64,000 nt of DNA from a bacterium. Its GTDB lineage: Bacteria > UBA8248. The notes below the pieces were generated by a model, which was given only the letters and a program-made list of their open reading frames with translations, was not told the origin of the DNA and made no database searches. Positions 29,157 to 38,110 of this stretch are shown piece by piece; the stretch's first letter is position 1, and every line of letters starts with the position of its first letter. The stretch is from positions 992,001-1,056,000 of the forward strand of contig OZ241875.1 in NCBI GenBank assembly GCA_965203325.1, in the 5' to 3' direction. Made by a program: the position numbers and the translations under genes.

Positions 29157-29672
29157 TTATGTGGGTTTATCTTCTTCCATGAGAACCAATTCGCCGAGCA
29201 CCCATTCATGCCAGCGCCTCGTGTATGCTGGACGCAAGGTGGTTCTTGACCGGTAACCGACATCATCGAGGAGTCCCTCGAGCGACACCAGCCGCTCCCG
29301 GTACCCAAGCCGGACGCCGCAACGAAGACTGGCCCGGTCCGGTCCGCACAAGACCCATGCGTCGGTCCGGATCAGCGCATGCGCCCAAAGCGAAGCCTCT
29401 CCCCTGTCCAGTGCGATATCGGGAATTCGAACGGCCAACCCTGCGCGTTCGCGGTTTCTGACCGGATGGACCGCTTTCAGGGAATCTCGCAGCTCGGCGG
29501 CGTCGACTTGCAACTCCGGCCGGCGACGCTGGAAACCCGTCTGCGTTTCAGCGACGCAATCCTCGACGGTTTCCACCCGGTAGCCGCCGGTCAGCGCTCG
29601 CCACGAGCCTGTCCGGTAGGCCTCCAGCATGACGTTCGTATCGACCAGCACTGCGTTCTGATGTCGAGCCAT
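29157..29672 (-). CDS. PIN-domain-like protein (putative toxin)
   Basis: VLVDTNVMLE...LDRGEASL...GPDRAS; 6 bp downstream of the XRE-ImmA gene. Confidence 0.75.
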   Translation of the reverse strand: MARHQNAVLVDTNVMLEAYRTGSWRALTGGYRVETVEDCVAETQTGFQRRRPELQVDAAELRDSLKAVHPVRNRERAGLAVRIPDIALDRGEASLWAHALIRTDAWVLCGPDRASLRCGVRLGYRERLVSLEGLLDDVGYRSRTTLRPAYTRRWHEWVLGELVLMEEDKPT

Positions 29673-29678
29673 GACGCA

Positions 29679-30785
29679 TCACAGGTCGATTGCGCATCGG
29701 ACGTCATGCGCTGCAAAGAGATCCACGAGGTCCTCGACGCTCAGGTCGAGCAAACCGGCGACACGCCGCACCGAGACGCAACCCTCCTCTAACGCGAGTC
29801 CGAGCACCTCCATGAAGGGTCTCGAGAACAGGGCGGGCGGGATGTTCTCGGCGACGTCTGGCCTGTTGTTGCGCAATGCCGCATCCGGCAGGGAACGCGC
29901 AGCCGCAGGTTTCAATTCGCCGAGCGCGACCAGCCGCCATTTCAGCGCCGAGGCCGTCACGCCAAACTCGTTCGCCACCGCGTTCAGCTTCCCGGTCAAA
30001 TCATCCTGAACGAGGTTCGACCAGTTCCCGAACCGCGCCAGGATAGCGGCCGGCATCAGAACCGCCGCCGCGAAGTTGTTGGCGAGTTGCTCGGCGCGGT
30101 TGCCTCCGGTCTCCATCGCTTCCTCGGAGTGTTCGGGCGGCATCGCATCCCAAGTCAGGATGTGAAAGAGCTCATGGGCGAGATCGAAGTGACGGCGTCC
30201 GACAACCTCGCGTCGTGCGATCAGCACCGCGTCGAGTTCGGGCAGGCGGCAGGCCGCGCCCGAGATGCCGCGTTCGGCATCCATCATGAGAACCAGGATG
30301 CCGAGTTCACGTTCCATGACTTCCACGAGGCGCACAGCGGGGACCTCGCCGAGATCGAATTCGGTGACGAACCGTTCGCCAGCCGACATGGCATCCTCAA
30401 AACGCGAACGGCGAGTGAGGCCGAGCGCCCGCCTCATTAGCGGGGTTTCGTAACCGACCTGTGGCGCCAGGGTGCGGAACGCGGCGATCCAACGTCCGGC
30501 GCTGCGTTCACAGGCTTCAAGCCGTTCAGCGCCGACGCCGGTCTGGCGCCAGGAGAAGCGTCCTTCGCCCGCTAGCCGGAACGGATCGGTGAAGTACTCG
30601 ATCGGAGCGTCCAGTCTTTCGACCGCGAGTAATAATTCCTCCGCCGTCACGCGTCTGGCGCCCGTCTCGATGGCCGATACCGTCTGCCGGTCCCTGAAAC
30701 CGAAGATCTCCGCTACACTCTCCTGCGAGAGCCTGCGTTCCTCTCGCAATGCCTTGATCCGCCTGCCGATAAGCCCTGTCGTCAT
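29679..30785 (-). CDS. XRE HTH + ImmA/IrrE (M78) Zn metallopeptidase
   Basis: N-term HTH IKALREERRLSQESVAE; HELFH (HExxH); EQLANNFAAAVLMP. Confidence 0.92.
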   Translation of the reverse strand: MTTGLIGRRIKALREERRLSQESVAEIFGFRDRQTVSAIETGARRVTAEELLLAVERLDAPIEYFTDPFRLAGEGRFSWRQTGVGAERLEACERSAGRWIAAFRTLAPQVGYETPLMRRALGLTRRSRFEDAMSAGERFVTEFDLGEVPAVRLVEVMERELGILVLMMDAERGISGAACRLPELDAVLIARREVVGRRHFDLAHELFHILTWDAMPPEHSEEAMETGGNRAEQLANNFAAAVLMPAAILARFGNWSNLVQDDLTGKLNAVANEFGVTASALKWRLVALGELKPAAARSLPDAALRNNRPDVAENIPPALFSRPFMEVLGLALEEGCVSVRRVAGLLDLSVEDLVDLFAAHDVRCAIDL

Positions 30786-30811
30786 CAGAACCCTCCCGCG
30801 AATAAGAAATC

Positions 30812-30831
30812 TTGCATTATTTTATATGCAA
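30812..30831. promoter_or_regulatory. Candidate operator upstream of the XRE-ImmA gene
   Basis: TTGCAT-N8-ATGCAA palindrome in an AT-rich patch ~27 bp upstream of the start codon. Confidence 0.4.
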
Positions 30832-30894
30832 TTATTTTATGCGTTTTGCAAGCTGCTTTCAAAGCCACATCAAGATTTCTTACGACTCGTAATG

Positions 30895-31175
30895 GTTCTT
30901 TCGTGGGGTGATAGCGTAGTCGATGTCAGAGACAGTTGTTGGTGCTGCGCGGTGTAGACAGTTTGGGCTTGTGCCGCCATCACCTCGCGCCGAACAATTA
31001 CCGACAAGGACCTGCCTGGATGCGCGGGAATTATAACGAGGCCGCTTTCGTTTTGATTACGTTTTGTGGAATACAAATTCCGAACAAAATTCCCCCAACA
31101 AATACCTACAACAGTTTCAACAAACTACAAGCATCCCACCACCACCGGAAATCCCCCACTGCCTGAAAACACGCG
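30895..31175 (+). repeat. Structured non-coding repeat, copy B of 3
   Basis: Same motif order as copy A, and it also shares the downstream TTTCAACAAACTACAA..GGAAATCCCC..GAAAACACGCG segment with A. Confidence 0.85.
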
Positions 31176-31198
31176 GGAGAGCGGGATGCGCGCTCCTC

Positions 31199-31256
31199 CC
31201 GCCCGGCTGACGAGCCGGGCGATCCCCTGGAGGAAACCGCCTTACTGCCGCTTCGC
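31199..31256. repeat. ~57-bp direct repeat with hairpin, left copy
   Basis: CCGCCCGGCTGACGAGCCGGGCGATCCCCTGGAGGAAACCGC-CTTACTGCCGCTTCGC; near-identical to 37343-37398. Confidence 0.85.
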
Positions 31257-32120
31257 GCCGAACGCGCCGACGTACGCCCCGGTGTCGAAGGCGCCGAAGG
31301 CCTCCTCGTGGCCGGGGCCGTGGAAGCGGCCGGACAGGCGGTCCGTGCCGGGCGCGCCTTTCGCGAAGGCGCCGCCGGAGAGCCGCATGCCGCGCCATTC
31401 GAGCGCCACGCCGGCGCCGCCGTCGTCGAGGTCGACGTCCACGTCGACCAGGGGCCGCGCGAGGTCCGCGATCCGCAGCTCGGCGGTGCCGGGGAGGCGC
31501 GCGAAGTCGCGGGTCCGCGCCGCCTCGGCGATGCCGCTCCAGGTCGCGCCGCCCGTACCCGCCGGGTTCGTCCCCGACGGCTCGCCCGCCGCCCAAGCGT
31601 GCGCCGCACGGAACGTGCCGGTCCAGGTCTGCCCGTCCGCCTCGGCCGTGAGCGCGCCCGCGCCAATCTCCACCGCCGCGTAGCCGTGCACGCCCCAGAA
31701 GCCGTGGCGCGTGAACTCCGCCCCGGTGACCGTCGCCGACGCCCCGGCGAAGGCCCGCGTGAGCGGGGGCCCGCCCGTCGCGCCGCTCGCCGTGGCGAAC
31801 CCGGCCCGCATGCCCGTGCCCGCGCGGCCCGCGAGCGCCCGCAGGTCCTCCGCCGGGCAGCCGGCGCCGGGGCAGCCGAGCGGCGTCGACCCGGTCTCCC
31901 CGATCGGCTCTTCTCCCGCGCGCGTGAGTTCATAATCGAAATAAAGCCCCGAGACGAGCGGCGCGGCGGGTTCGCCGGCCGCGGGCGGCGGCTGTGTGTC
32001 GGGAGGCCGTGTTTCGGGAGGCCGTGTGGACGGCGGCGCCGACGTGTTCCCGCCACCGCAGGCGGCGAGGGTCAGCGCGCACGCGAGCGCGGCGGCGCAA
32101 CAAAGTATCCGGTGTGTCAT
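31242..32120 (-). CDS. Lipoprotein with TbpB-like C-terminal beta-barrel
   Basis: Lipobox LTLAAC followed by GGG and a Pro-rich linker; C-term GRFHGPGHEEAFGAFD...VGAFGAKRQ; AAGGAG SD. Confidence 0.8.
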   Translation of the reverse strand: MTHRILCCAAALACALTLAACGGGNTSAPPSTRPPETRPPDTQPPPAAGEPAAPLVSGLYFDYELTRAGEEPIGETGSTPLGCPGAGCPAEDLRALAGRAGTGMRAGFATASGATGGPPLTRAFAGASATVTGAEFTRHGFWGVHGYAAVEIGAGALTAEADGQTWTGTFRAAHAWAAGEPSGTNPAGTGGATWSGIAEAARTRDFARLPGTAELRIADLARPLVDVDVDLDDGGAGVALEWRGMRLSGGAFAKGAPGTDRLSGRFHGPGHEEAFGAFDTGAYVGAFGAKRQ

Positions 32121-32172
32121 GAGAGTCGTTCTCCTTTCAGATCGGAGGCATGTCCGCATCGGCGCATCCCCC

Positions 32173-35100
32173 TCAGAACCGCAGGCTGAGGTCGAGCCCC
32201 AGTTCGTGCTCGGGCTCGGACACGGCGCTCTCGCGCCGCTCGCCCGCCAGTTCCACGCGAAGGTCCGCGCCCCGCGCCTCGTACCGCGCACCGAGCCTGA
32301 GGCGCCGGCTCTCCCCGCCGGCGAGGCCGGCTTCCGCGAACGGCGTCAGCACCCCGCCCGACGCCGTCCCGAACCCGTAGCCGACCTGCGCGTCGAGCGC
32401 GCCGTCGTCGCCCGAAGCCGCCGGGTTCGGCATCTCCTCCGCCCACAGCGCCCGCGCGCCGCCCGTTCCCGCGCCCCAGCGGGGCGCGAGCGCGAAGAAC
32501 AGGCCGCGGCCGCCGGCGCCCGGACCGGCGCGCACCGTCAGGCTCACGCCCCGCTCCTCCGCACCCTCCTCGCTGTGCGCCGCCAGCCACCGCCCGCGCA
32601 TCTCCACCGAAACCCCGGGCGCCGCGTAGCGCACGCCGCCGGCGAGCTCGAACCCGCTGCCCTTAAGCCCGTCGCCGCCGTCGTGGCGCACCGCCGCCTC
32701 CAGGAAGGGCTCCAGGCTGCTCTCGCCCGCCAGCGCGAAGCGCCGCGAGGCCTCGAGCCCCGCCCGCAGCCGCCAGCTGTCGGCGGAGAGCCCGTGGATC
32801 GCGTCCGGGCCGTCATCGGTCTCCATCTGCGTGACGCTCGCGTCGGCGCGCACCGCCAGCGCCGCGCCGGCGAGTCCGCCGAGCGCACGCCTGACCCCCA
32901 CCGACGCCATCCGCATCGTGAGGTCGCCGGTCTCCGCGTCCGCGTCCCCGGGCTCGTGGCGCGCCTCGCCCCAGCCCGCGCCCGCCACCGCGCGCAGCTC
33001 CAGGCCGTCCGCGAGCGTCCAGCGCCCGTAGGGATAGACCGCCGTCAGCGTCGTCTCCAGCCGGCCCCGGCCGGTGAGCGCGCCCCCGGCGAAGGAATAA
33101 TCCGCCTCGCCCGTCCCGTGGCTCACCGCGAGGCCCGCCACCCACGGGTCCGAGCGCCCGTCCACGCCCAGCCAGCCCGTGCGCAGCTTCCCGTCGTAGC
33201 GGAGCCCCGTCTCGCCGCCTCCCGCGAACGTCCCGAGGTCCCCCCGGCCCCACACCGCCCACTGCGGCGCCGCCGGGCCGGCGTCCTCCGCCGAGGCGAG
33301 ACGCACCGAGAAGGCGCTCGCGCCGAACAGGTCGGACGCCGCAAGCGCCCGGCTCTCCGTGCAGCCCGAAGCCGGCACAAGGCCGGCGGCGGCGTACCGC
33401 TCCGGCGCGCAATCGCGCAGCGCGTAGGCCGCGGCGGAACCATCGAGCGACACCGCCTGCCCGGCCAGCGTCACGCCGCTCGCGCCGATGTCGGCGAACC
33501 TGCTCCCGATGTTGTCCAGCGCGCTCGCCGTCGCCCTTCTCACCACCGCCGCCAGCGCGCGCCTCACAGCGCCCTCAACCGCCGCGCGCCGCGGGTCCGC
33601 CGCCACCGCGACCGCGAAGGTGAGCGCCGCCTCGTCGCCGTCCGCGTCCCGCACCGTCCAGGTGTAGCGCACAGGCCTCTGCGACCGCGACGGCGTGCCG
33701 CTCAGCCTCCGCGTGCCTAAGTCGAGGCTCAGCCCCGGGGGCGGGGAAGGCGCCAGGCGGTAGGTCAGCGTCCCGTCGCCGCCCGTCGCCGCCGGAAGCG
33801 CCAGCGCCGCGATCGCCGTGCCCGCCGTCCATGACTGGTCCGCGACCGCCGCGTCGCCGAACGACGGCATCAGGTTCTCCTCCACCTCGACCGTGAAGGT
33901 GAGCGCCGCCTCATCCCCGTCCGCGTCCCGCACCGTCCAGGTGTAGCGCACCGGCCCCTGCGCCGCCTCCGGCGTGCCGCTCAGCGTGCGCGCGCCTGAG
34001 TCCAGCGCCAGGCCCGAAGGCGGCTCGGGCGTCAGGCGGTAGGTCAGTGTCCCGTCGCCGCCCCTCGCCCGGGGCAGCGTCAGCGCCGTGATCGCCGTGT
34101 TCTGCTTGTACGACTGTGCGGCGACCGCCGCGGACCCGAAGCTCGGCGTCAGGTCCGGCGCTGCGCCTCCGCCGCCGCCTCCGCCGCCTACATTGCCGCC
34201 GCCTCCGCCTACATTGCCGCCGCCCCCGCCGCCGCGGTCGTCGTCCCGGATCGTAATCTGCACAGAACGCGGGCTGCCCGCCGTCACCTCAGACGGCAGC
34301 GTCCCCAGCGCCACCGTGAACGTCTCGTCGTCGGTGTCGCTGTCCTGCGCCGTGGTGATGGTCCCCGTTCCGTTGGTCGCGCCCGAGGCGATCGTGATGC
34401 CCGTCAGCGTCCCGTGGTCCTCGGGCTCGGCCGTGCCGTCGGTGATCGTCAGCGGTATCGTCACGCTGCTCGACAGCGCCGCCGACAGCGTCGCCGTCAC
34501 GGTCACGCTCGATCCCTCCGCCACCGTCGGCGAGGCCGACAGCGTCACCGTGGGCGTGGTCGTGTCCAGCGTCGCCACGGCCCCCTCGGTCGTGCCCGTC
34601 GCGTGCGCCCAGAAGCCCTTGCCGCTCGCGTTCTCCGCGCGCACCCGCACCCGGTAGGTCGTGCCGTCGTCGAGGCCCGTGATGGCCTGCGAGGCCGCCG
34701 TGCCGCTGCGGCTCACCGCCACCCATTCCGTCGCCACGTTCGTGCCCACGGCCGCGCCGGCGGCGACCGTGTTCGATGCGGTATAGTGCACGTCGTAGCC
34801 CGTCAGCGTCCCCGAGGGCGCCGTCCAGGCGAGGTCCAGCCTGCCGTCGCCGGGCGTCACCGCCAGGCCCGCCGGCGCGGCCGGCGCGTTCTGCGCATGC
34901 CGCGTGACGGTGACCGTCCAGGTCGTGTTGGCCCCCTGCCCCAGCGTCGACGACGCCACCACCTCGATGGCGTTCGCGCCGGCGTCCAGCGCGATCGCCC
35001 CGCTCGTGTCGCCGCTTGTCAGCGACACCGCGGCGGCGCCCCGCTTGCCCACCGACAGCACGTACCCCCCCAGCACGCCGACCGTCGGCCTCGCCTTCAC

Positions 35101-37257
35101 GTGCGTCACCGCGTGCGGCACCGCCGCCGTGTAGTCCGTCACGCGCGGCGAGAAGCCCGGGCTCAGCGCCAGCGCGTCGTAGCTCGCATTCTCGCCCTGC
35201 GCCTTGGTGAGCGCCAGGCCCGTCAGCAGCAGGCCCTCCGGCGTGCCCGCGCCCTCCACCCAGGGGCTCACCAGCCTTCCGCCGGCGTTGCTCGCTCGCA
35301 CCCGCACCCGGTAGCGCTGCAGGTTCCGGCCCCTGACCGTGTACGAGGTCGCCGTGGCATCGTTGTGGGGCCCGCTCGCGCGCTGGAGCGCCACCCAGCC
35401 CACGGCCTCGTCGACGCCGCGCGCGCGGGCGTCCGCCGCGACGGCGGTCGAGGTGGTGTAGTCCACCCAGTAGGCCGTCACCGTCCCCACCGGCGGCGCC
35501 GTCCACGACAGGTCCAGCTTCCCGTCGCCCGGCGTCACCGTCAGGCCGGTCGGCGCCGCGGGCGCCAGCGCGGCCTCCACCGGCGCCGTCCACACGCCCG
35601 CGGACATGCCGTCGCGCTTCACCGAGCGCACCCGCACCAGGTAGGTCTCGCCGACGGCGAGGCCCGTGAAGGTGTGGCTCGTGCCCGTCACGTCCGTGTC
35701 GGTGTTCGGCCAGGCCGCGGCCGACTTCAGCTTGCTCTGCACCTCGTAGCGCGCCACGTCCACACCCGCCGGCGCCTTCCAGCGCGCCGTCAGCTCGCGG
35801 TCTCCCGGCCTCAGCGTCAGGCCCGAGGGGACGTTCGACGTCGGCGTGCCGGTGGCGAAGACGTAAGCGCCCTCCGGGCCCGCCGTGCGCAGGCGCACCC
35901 GGTACGCCCTGCCGTTGGTCAGGCCGGTAATCGTGTACGAGGTGTCGGTGTCGTCGACATCAGCAGACACGGCCACCCAGTGCGTGGCCGCGTTCGAGCC
36001 CGAGCTCGCCGCGGCGTCGGCGACCGCGCCGGCGCCCGTCCTCGGCGCCGAGGTGTAGTCCAGCTCGTACGCCACGAAATCCCCGTCGGGCCGGGTCCAG
36101 GTTACGAGGAGCTGCGCATTGCCCGGCGTGACCGTCAGGCCGGGCAGGCCGAGCGCCTCCGGCGTGCCGGCGCCGAACGCCCAGGCGCCGTCGCCCCCGG
36201 CGCTCGTCGCCCGCACCCGCACCCGGTGGGCAGACCCGCTCGGCAATTTGCCAATCCTGTGCGAGGTCCTCGCGCCGTGACCGTTGCGGGACACCGCCAC
36301 CCAGCCAGTCGCGCCGTTGGTGCCGGCTTGCACCGCCGCGTCGTTCGCGACCGTGCCCACGGCCGCCGACGTGTAGTGCACGTCGTAGCCCGTCACCGTC
36401 CCCGGCGGCGCCGTCCACGACACGTCCAGCCGCGTCGGGCCCGGCGTGACGCGCAGACCCGTCGGCGCGGCCAGCGGCACCGCCGCGCCGTTGACGCGGA
36501 TTTTCATCGACCGACCATGAGCTTCGGCGGTCCAGGTCGACGAAGCGGTCGGCGCGGCCGATCCGTTTCGAAAGAAGTTACCTGCGTTGGCGATGCTCCA
36601 GCCGGCGGCCGCTCCGCTGTCTTCCGCATCCTTGGCGTTATGCGTGAGCTCAAAGGTGGAGAGAGTCTCGGCAGTGGTGTAAACGACCACGTGGTATTCG
36701 GTGCTCGCCGCGAGCGTGGTGCCTGCCGGTGCCGAAAAGGTGGAGGCCCTTGCGCCCGTCGCAAAGCTCGAAGGAACCGTCAGGTCCGCGAGCTTCGACC
36801 CGGGCTTGCCGCTGCTGGATGACCAAAGCTCCGCCTCGATCGTCGCAATCTGCTGCGCGGTCAGGGCGGCGGTAAAGACGTTCGTACGTATCTCGATGCT
36901 TTCGAGGGTGTAGCCGCCGCCGTTGGAGCCTGTCGTGAAGCCTTGAGCGCGGGCGAATACTCTGGCCGTTTGCAGGTTATCTAACCCCGTCTGCCCGATG
37001 TTGCTCACCAACACATCGGCGGCGGCCGGGGCGGCGGCGAACGGGGAGAGCGCCGCAAGCAGCAGCGCGAGGACGGGAAGGAGACGGAAGCGGCGGGCGC
37101 GGGGGCGCCCGGTGCGCGGCTCAGGCTTGCGCCCGGAACCTGGCCGGGAATGCGGGACGCCGTTCGGGCCGCTCGTGCCGCCCTTTTCTTCGGATGACGG
37201 ATGACGGACCATGCCGCCCCCGGTTGCAAGCCTCTCCATGCGATGTCTCATTTTCAT
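32173..37257 (-). CDS. Large autotransporter-like surface protein with fibronectin type III, cadherin-like, Calx-beta-like and Ig (He_PIG-like) repeats
   Basis: Signal peptide LLPVLALLLAALSPFAAAPAAA. About five Fn3 units (APxGLxVTPG..LxxxWxAP..Y.V.Y..RVRVRA), two YTWTVRDADGDEAALTF repeats and a Gly-rich linker. C-terminal barrel ends LGLDLSLRF. Exact start uncertain. Confidence 0.88.
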   Translation of the reverse strand: MKMRHRMERLATGGGMVRHPSSEEKGGTSGPNGVPHSRPGSGRKPEPRTGRPRARRFRLLPVLALLLAALSPFAAAPAAADVLVSNIGQTGLDNLQTARVFARAQGFTTGSNGGGYTLESIEIRTNVFTAALTAQQIATIEAELWSSSSGKPGSKLADLTVPSSFATGARASTFSAPAGTTLAASTEYHVVVYTTAETLSTFELTHNAKDAEDSGAAAGWSIANAGNFFRNGSAAPTASSTWTAEAHGRSMKIRVNGAAVPLAAPTGLRVTPGPTRLDVSWTAPPGTVTGYDVHYTSAAVGTVANDAAVQAGTNGATGWVAVSRNGHGARTSHRIGKLPSGSAHRVRVRATSAGGDGAWAFGAGTPEALGLPGLTVTPGNAQLLVTWTRPDGDFVAYELDYTSAPRTGAGAVADAAASSGSNAATHWVAVSADVDDTDTSYTITGLTNGRAYRVRLRTAGPEGAYVFATGTPTSNVPSGLTLRPGDRELTARWKAPAGVDVARYEVQSKLKSAAAWPNTDTDVTGTSHTFTGLAVGETYLVRVRSVKRDGMSAGVWTAPVEAALAPAAPTGLTVTPGDGKLDLSWTAPPVGTVTAYWVDYTTSTAVAADARARGVDEAVGWVALQRASGPHNDATATSYTVRGRNLQRYRVRVRASNAGGRLVSPWVEGAGTPEGLLLTGLALTKAQGENASYDALALSPGFSPRVTDYTAAVPHAVTHVKARPTVGVLGGYVLSVGKRGAAAVSLTSGDTSGAIALDAGANAIEVVASSTLGQGANTTWTVTVTRHAQNAPAAPAGLAVTPGDGRLDLAWTAPSGTLTGYDVHYTASNTVAAGAAVGTNVATEWVAVSRSGTAASQAITGLDDGTTYRVRVRAENASGKGFWAHATGTTEGAVATLDTTTPTVTLSASPTVAEGSSVTVTATLSAALSSSVTIPLTITDGTAEPEDHGTLTGITIASGATNGTGTITTAQDSDTDDETFTVALGTLPSEVTAGSPRSVQITIRDDDRGGGGGGNVGGGGGNVGGGGGGGGAAPDLTPSFGSAAVAAQSYKQNTAITALTLPRARGGDGTLTYRLTPEPPSGLALDSGARTLSGTPEAAQGPVRYTWTVRDADGDEAALTFTVEVEENLMPSFGDAAVADQSWTAGTAIAALALPAATGGDGTLTYRLAPSPPPGLSLDLGTRRLSGTPSRSQRPVRYTWTVRDADGDEAALTFAVAVAADPRRAAVEGAVRRALAAVVRRATASALDNIGSRFADIGASGVTLAGQAVSLDGSAAAYALRDCAPERYAAAGLVPASGCTESRALAASDLFGASAFSVRLASAEDAGPAAPQWAVWGRGDLGTFAGGGETGLRYDGKLRTGWLGVDGRSDPWVAGLAVSHGTGEADYSFAGGALTGRGRLETTLTAVYPYGRWTLADGLELRAVAGAGWGEARHEPGDADAETGDLTMRMASVGVRRALGGLAGAALAVRADASVTQMETDDGPDAIHGLSADSWRLRAGLEASRRFALAGESSLEPFLEAAVRHDGGDGLKGSGFELAGGVRYAAPGVSVEMRGRWLAAHSEEGAEERGVSLTVRAGPGAGGRGLFFALAPRWGAGTGGARALWAEEMPNPAASGDDGALDAQVGYGFGTASGGVLTPFAEAGLAGGESRRLRLGARYEARGADLRVELAGERRESAVSEPEHELGLDLSLRF

Positions 37258-37342
37258 TTTCCGGGTCCTTCCCTCTGGTGGAATCCTCAGAGCCGAACAA
37301 AGATGCGAATCCGCCTGATATTCGCCATGCTTCCGCCGGGGA

Positions 37343-37398
37343 CCGCCCGGCGGACGTGCCGGGCGACCCCCTGGAGGAAACCGCTACTGCCGGTTCGC
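37343..37398. repeat. ~57-bp direct repeat with hairpin, right copy
   Basis: CCGCCCGGCGGACGTGCCGGGCGACCCCCTGGAGGAAACCGC-TACTGCCGGTTCGC. Confidence 0.85.
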
Positions 37399-37504
37399 CG
37401 TATCCCGGGCAGCTCGAAATACGGTAGACTTGCGGACTCGCAGTCCGGGCCGGTGGTTCCGCGAGACAAGAATCCCTGCGGTATGCGCCCACCTCGAACC
37501 CGGG

Positions 37505-37718
37505 CTGGTGTCCGCTAATTGCCGTTATTGGCCCCCAGAAGCCTTGTTTTCCGCCGAAAAACCCGTTTCGGGGGGCATTCGGGCCGCAAATGAGCGAAAG
37601 GTGAGCGAAAAAAGGCGCAAAACGGCGCCCGAAACCCCTCCGGGGACCCCGGAATTGCGCTTGACATGGCCGTGAGAGGTGTTAAATTTTCTGATAACGG
37701 CAATTATCGGACTCCAGA
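37505..37718. promoter_or_regulatory. Candidate invertible promoter segment bounded by two inverted lox-like sites
   Basis: Left site CCGCTAA-TTGCCG-TTATTGG (spacer 37519-37524); right site CTGATAA-CGGCAA-TTATCGG (spacer 37698-37703). Inside: TTGACA (37661-37666), 16 bp, TAAATT with an extended TG. Confidence 0.7.
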
Positions 37719-37723
37719 AACCC

Positions 37724-37762
37724 GCCGTTTCGCCGGTATTCCCCTGCGAAACGGCTTTTTTT
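37724..37762 (+). terminator. Intrinsic terminator immediately right of the invertible segment
   Basis: Perfect 10-bp stem GCCGTTTCGC/GCGAAACGGC followed by T7. Confidence 0.8.
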
Positions 37763-37825
37763 GTGGAAATTCCCCGTCGTCGTCTATATTTGGTAATCGA
37801 CGAGGCCCTGGAGCGGCCTCAGGGA

Positions 37826-38005
37826 ATGGAAACGGCCGCCGATCTGGCGAAGGCGTCGATGTCTGAGAACACGCGGCGGGCGTACGGGACGGCGCTCAGG
37901 GTATTCGAGCGCTCGGGAAACCCCGAGACCGACGCCGGGATAGCGGCGTACCTGGGGGATCTCTACGAGGGGGGCACTCGGCGGCCGTGGCCGCGATGGC
38001 GAGGC
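37826..38005 (+). pseudogene. N-terminal fragment of a Cre-like tyrosine recombinase
   Basis: METAADLAKASMSENTRRAYGTALRVFE...DAGIAAYLGDLYEGG, then frameshift and loss of similarity. Confidence 0.65.
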
Positions 38006-38110
38006 TGCGCTACGGGCGGTGAGGTCCGCCCGGCGTTTCGTCGTGAGCATGTCCTTCGCGGCGGGCAGGTCCGCCGCGTGCAGGACGCCCGTCTTCTCCC
38101 GAATATCTCT

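Noticed and set aside
34165..34235. GGGGGNV-coding tandem repeat as a contingency locus
   Set aside because: In-frame Gly-rich linker with unit length a multiple of 3; no sign of frameshift switching.
31996..36822. Long plus-strand ORFs (574 aa, 802 aa and others) over the autotransporter
   Set aside because: Arg/Pro/Ala-rich shadow frames caused by extreme GC content; the minus-strand frame has coherent domains.
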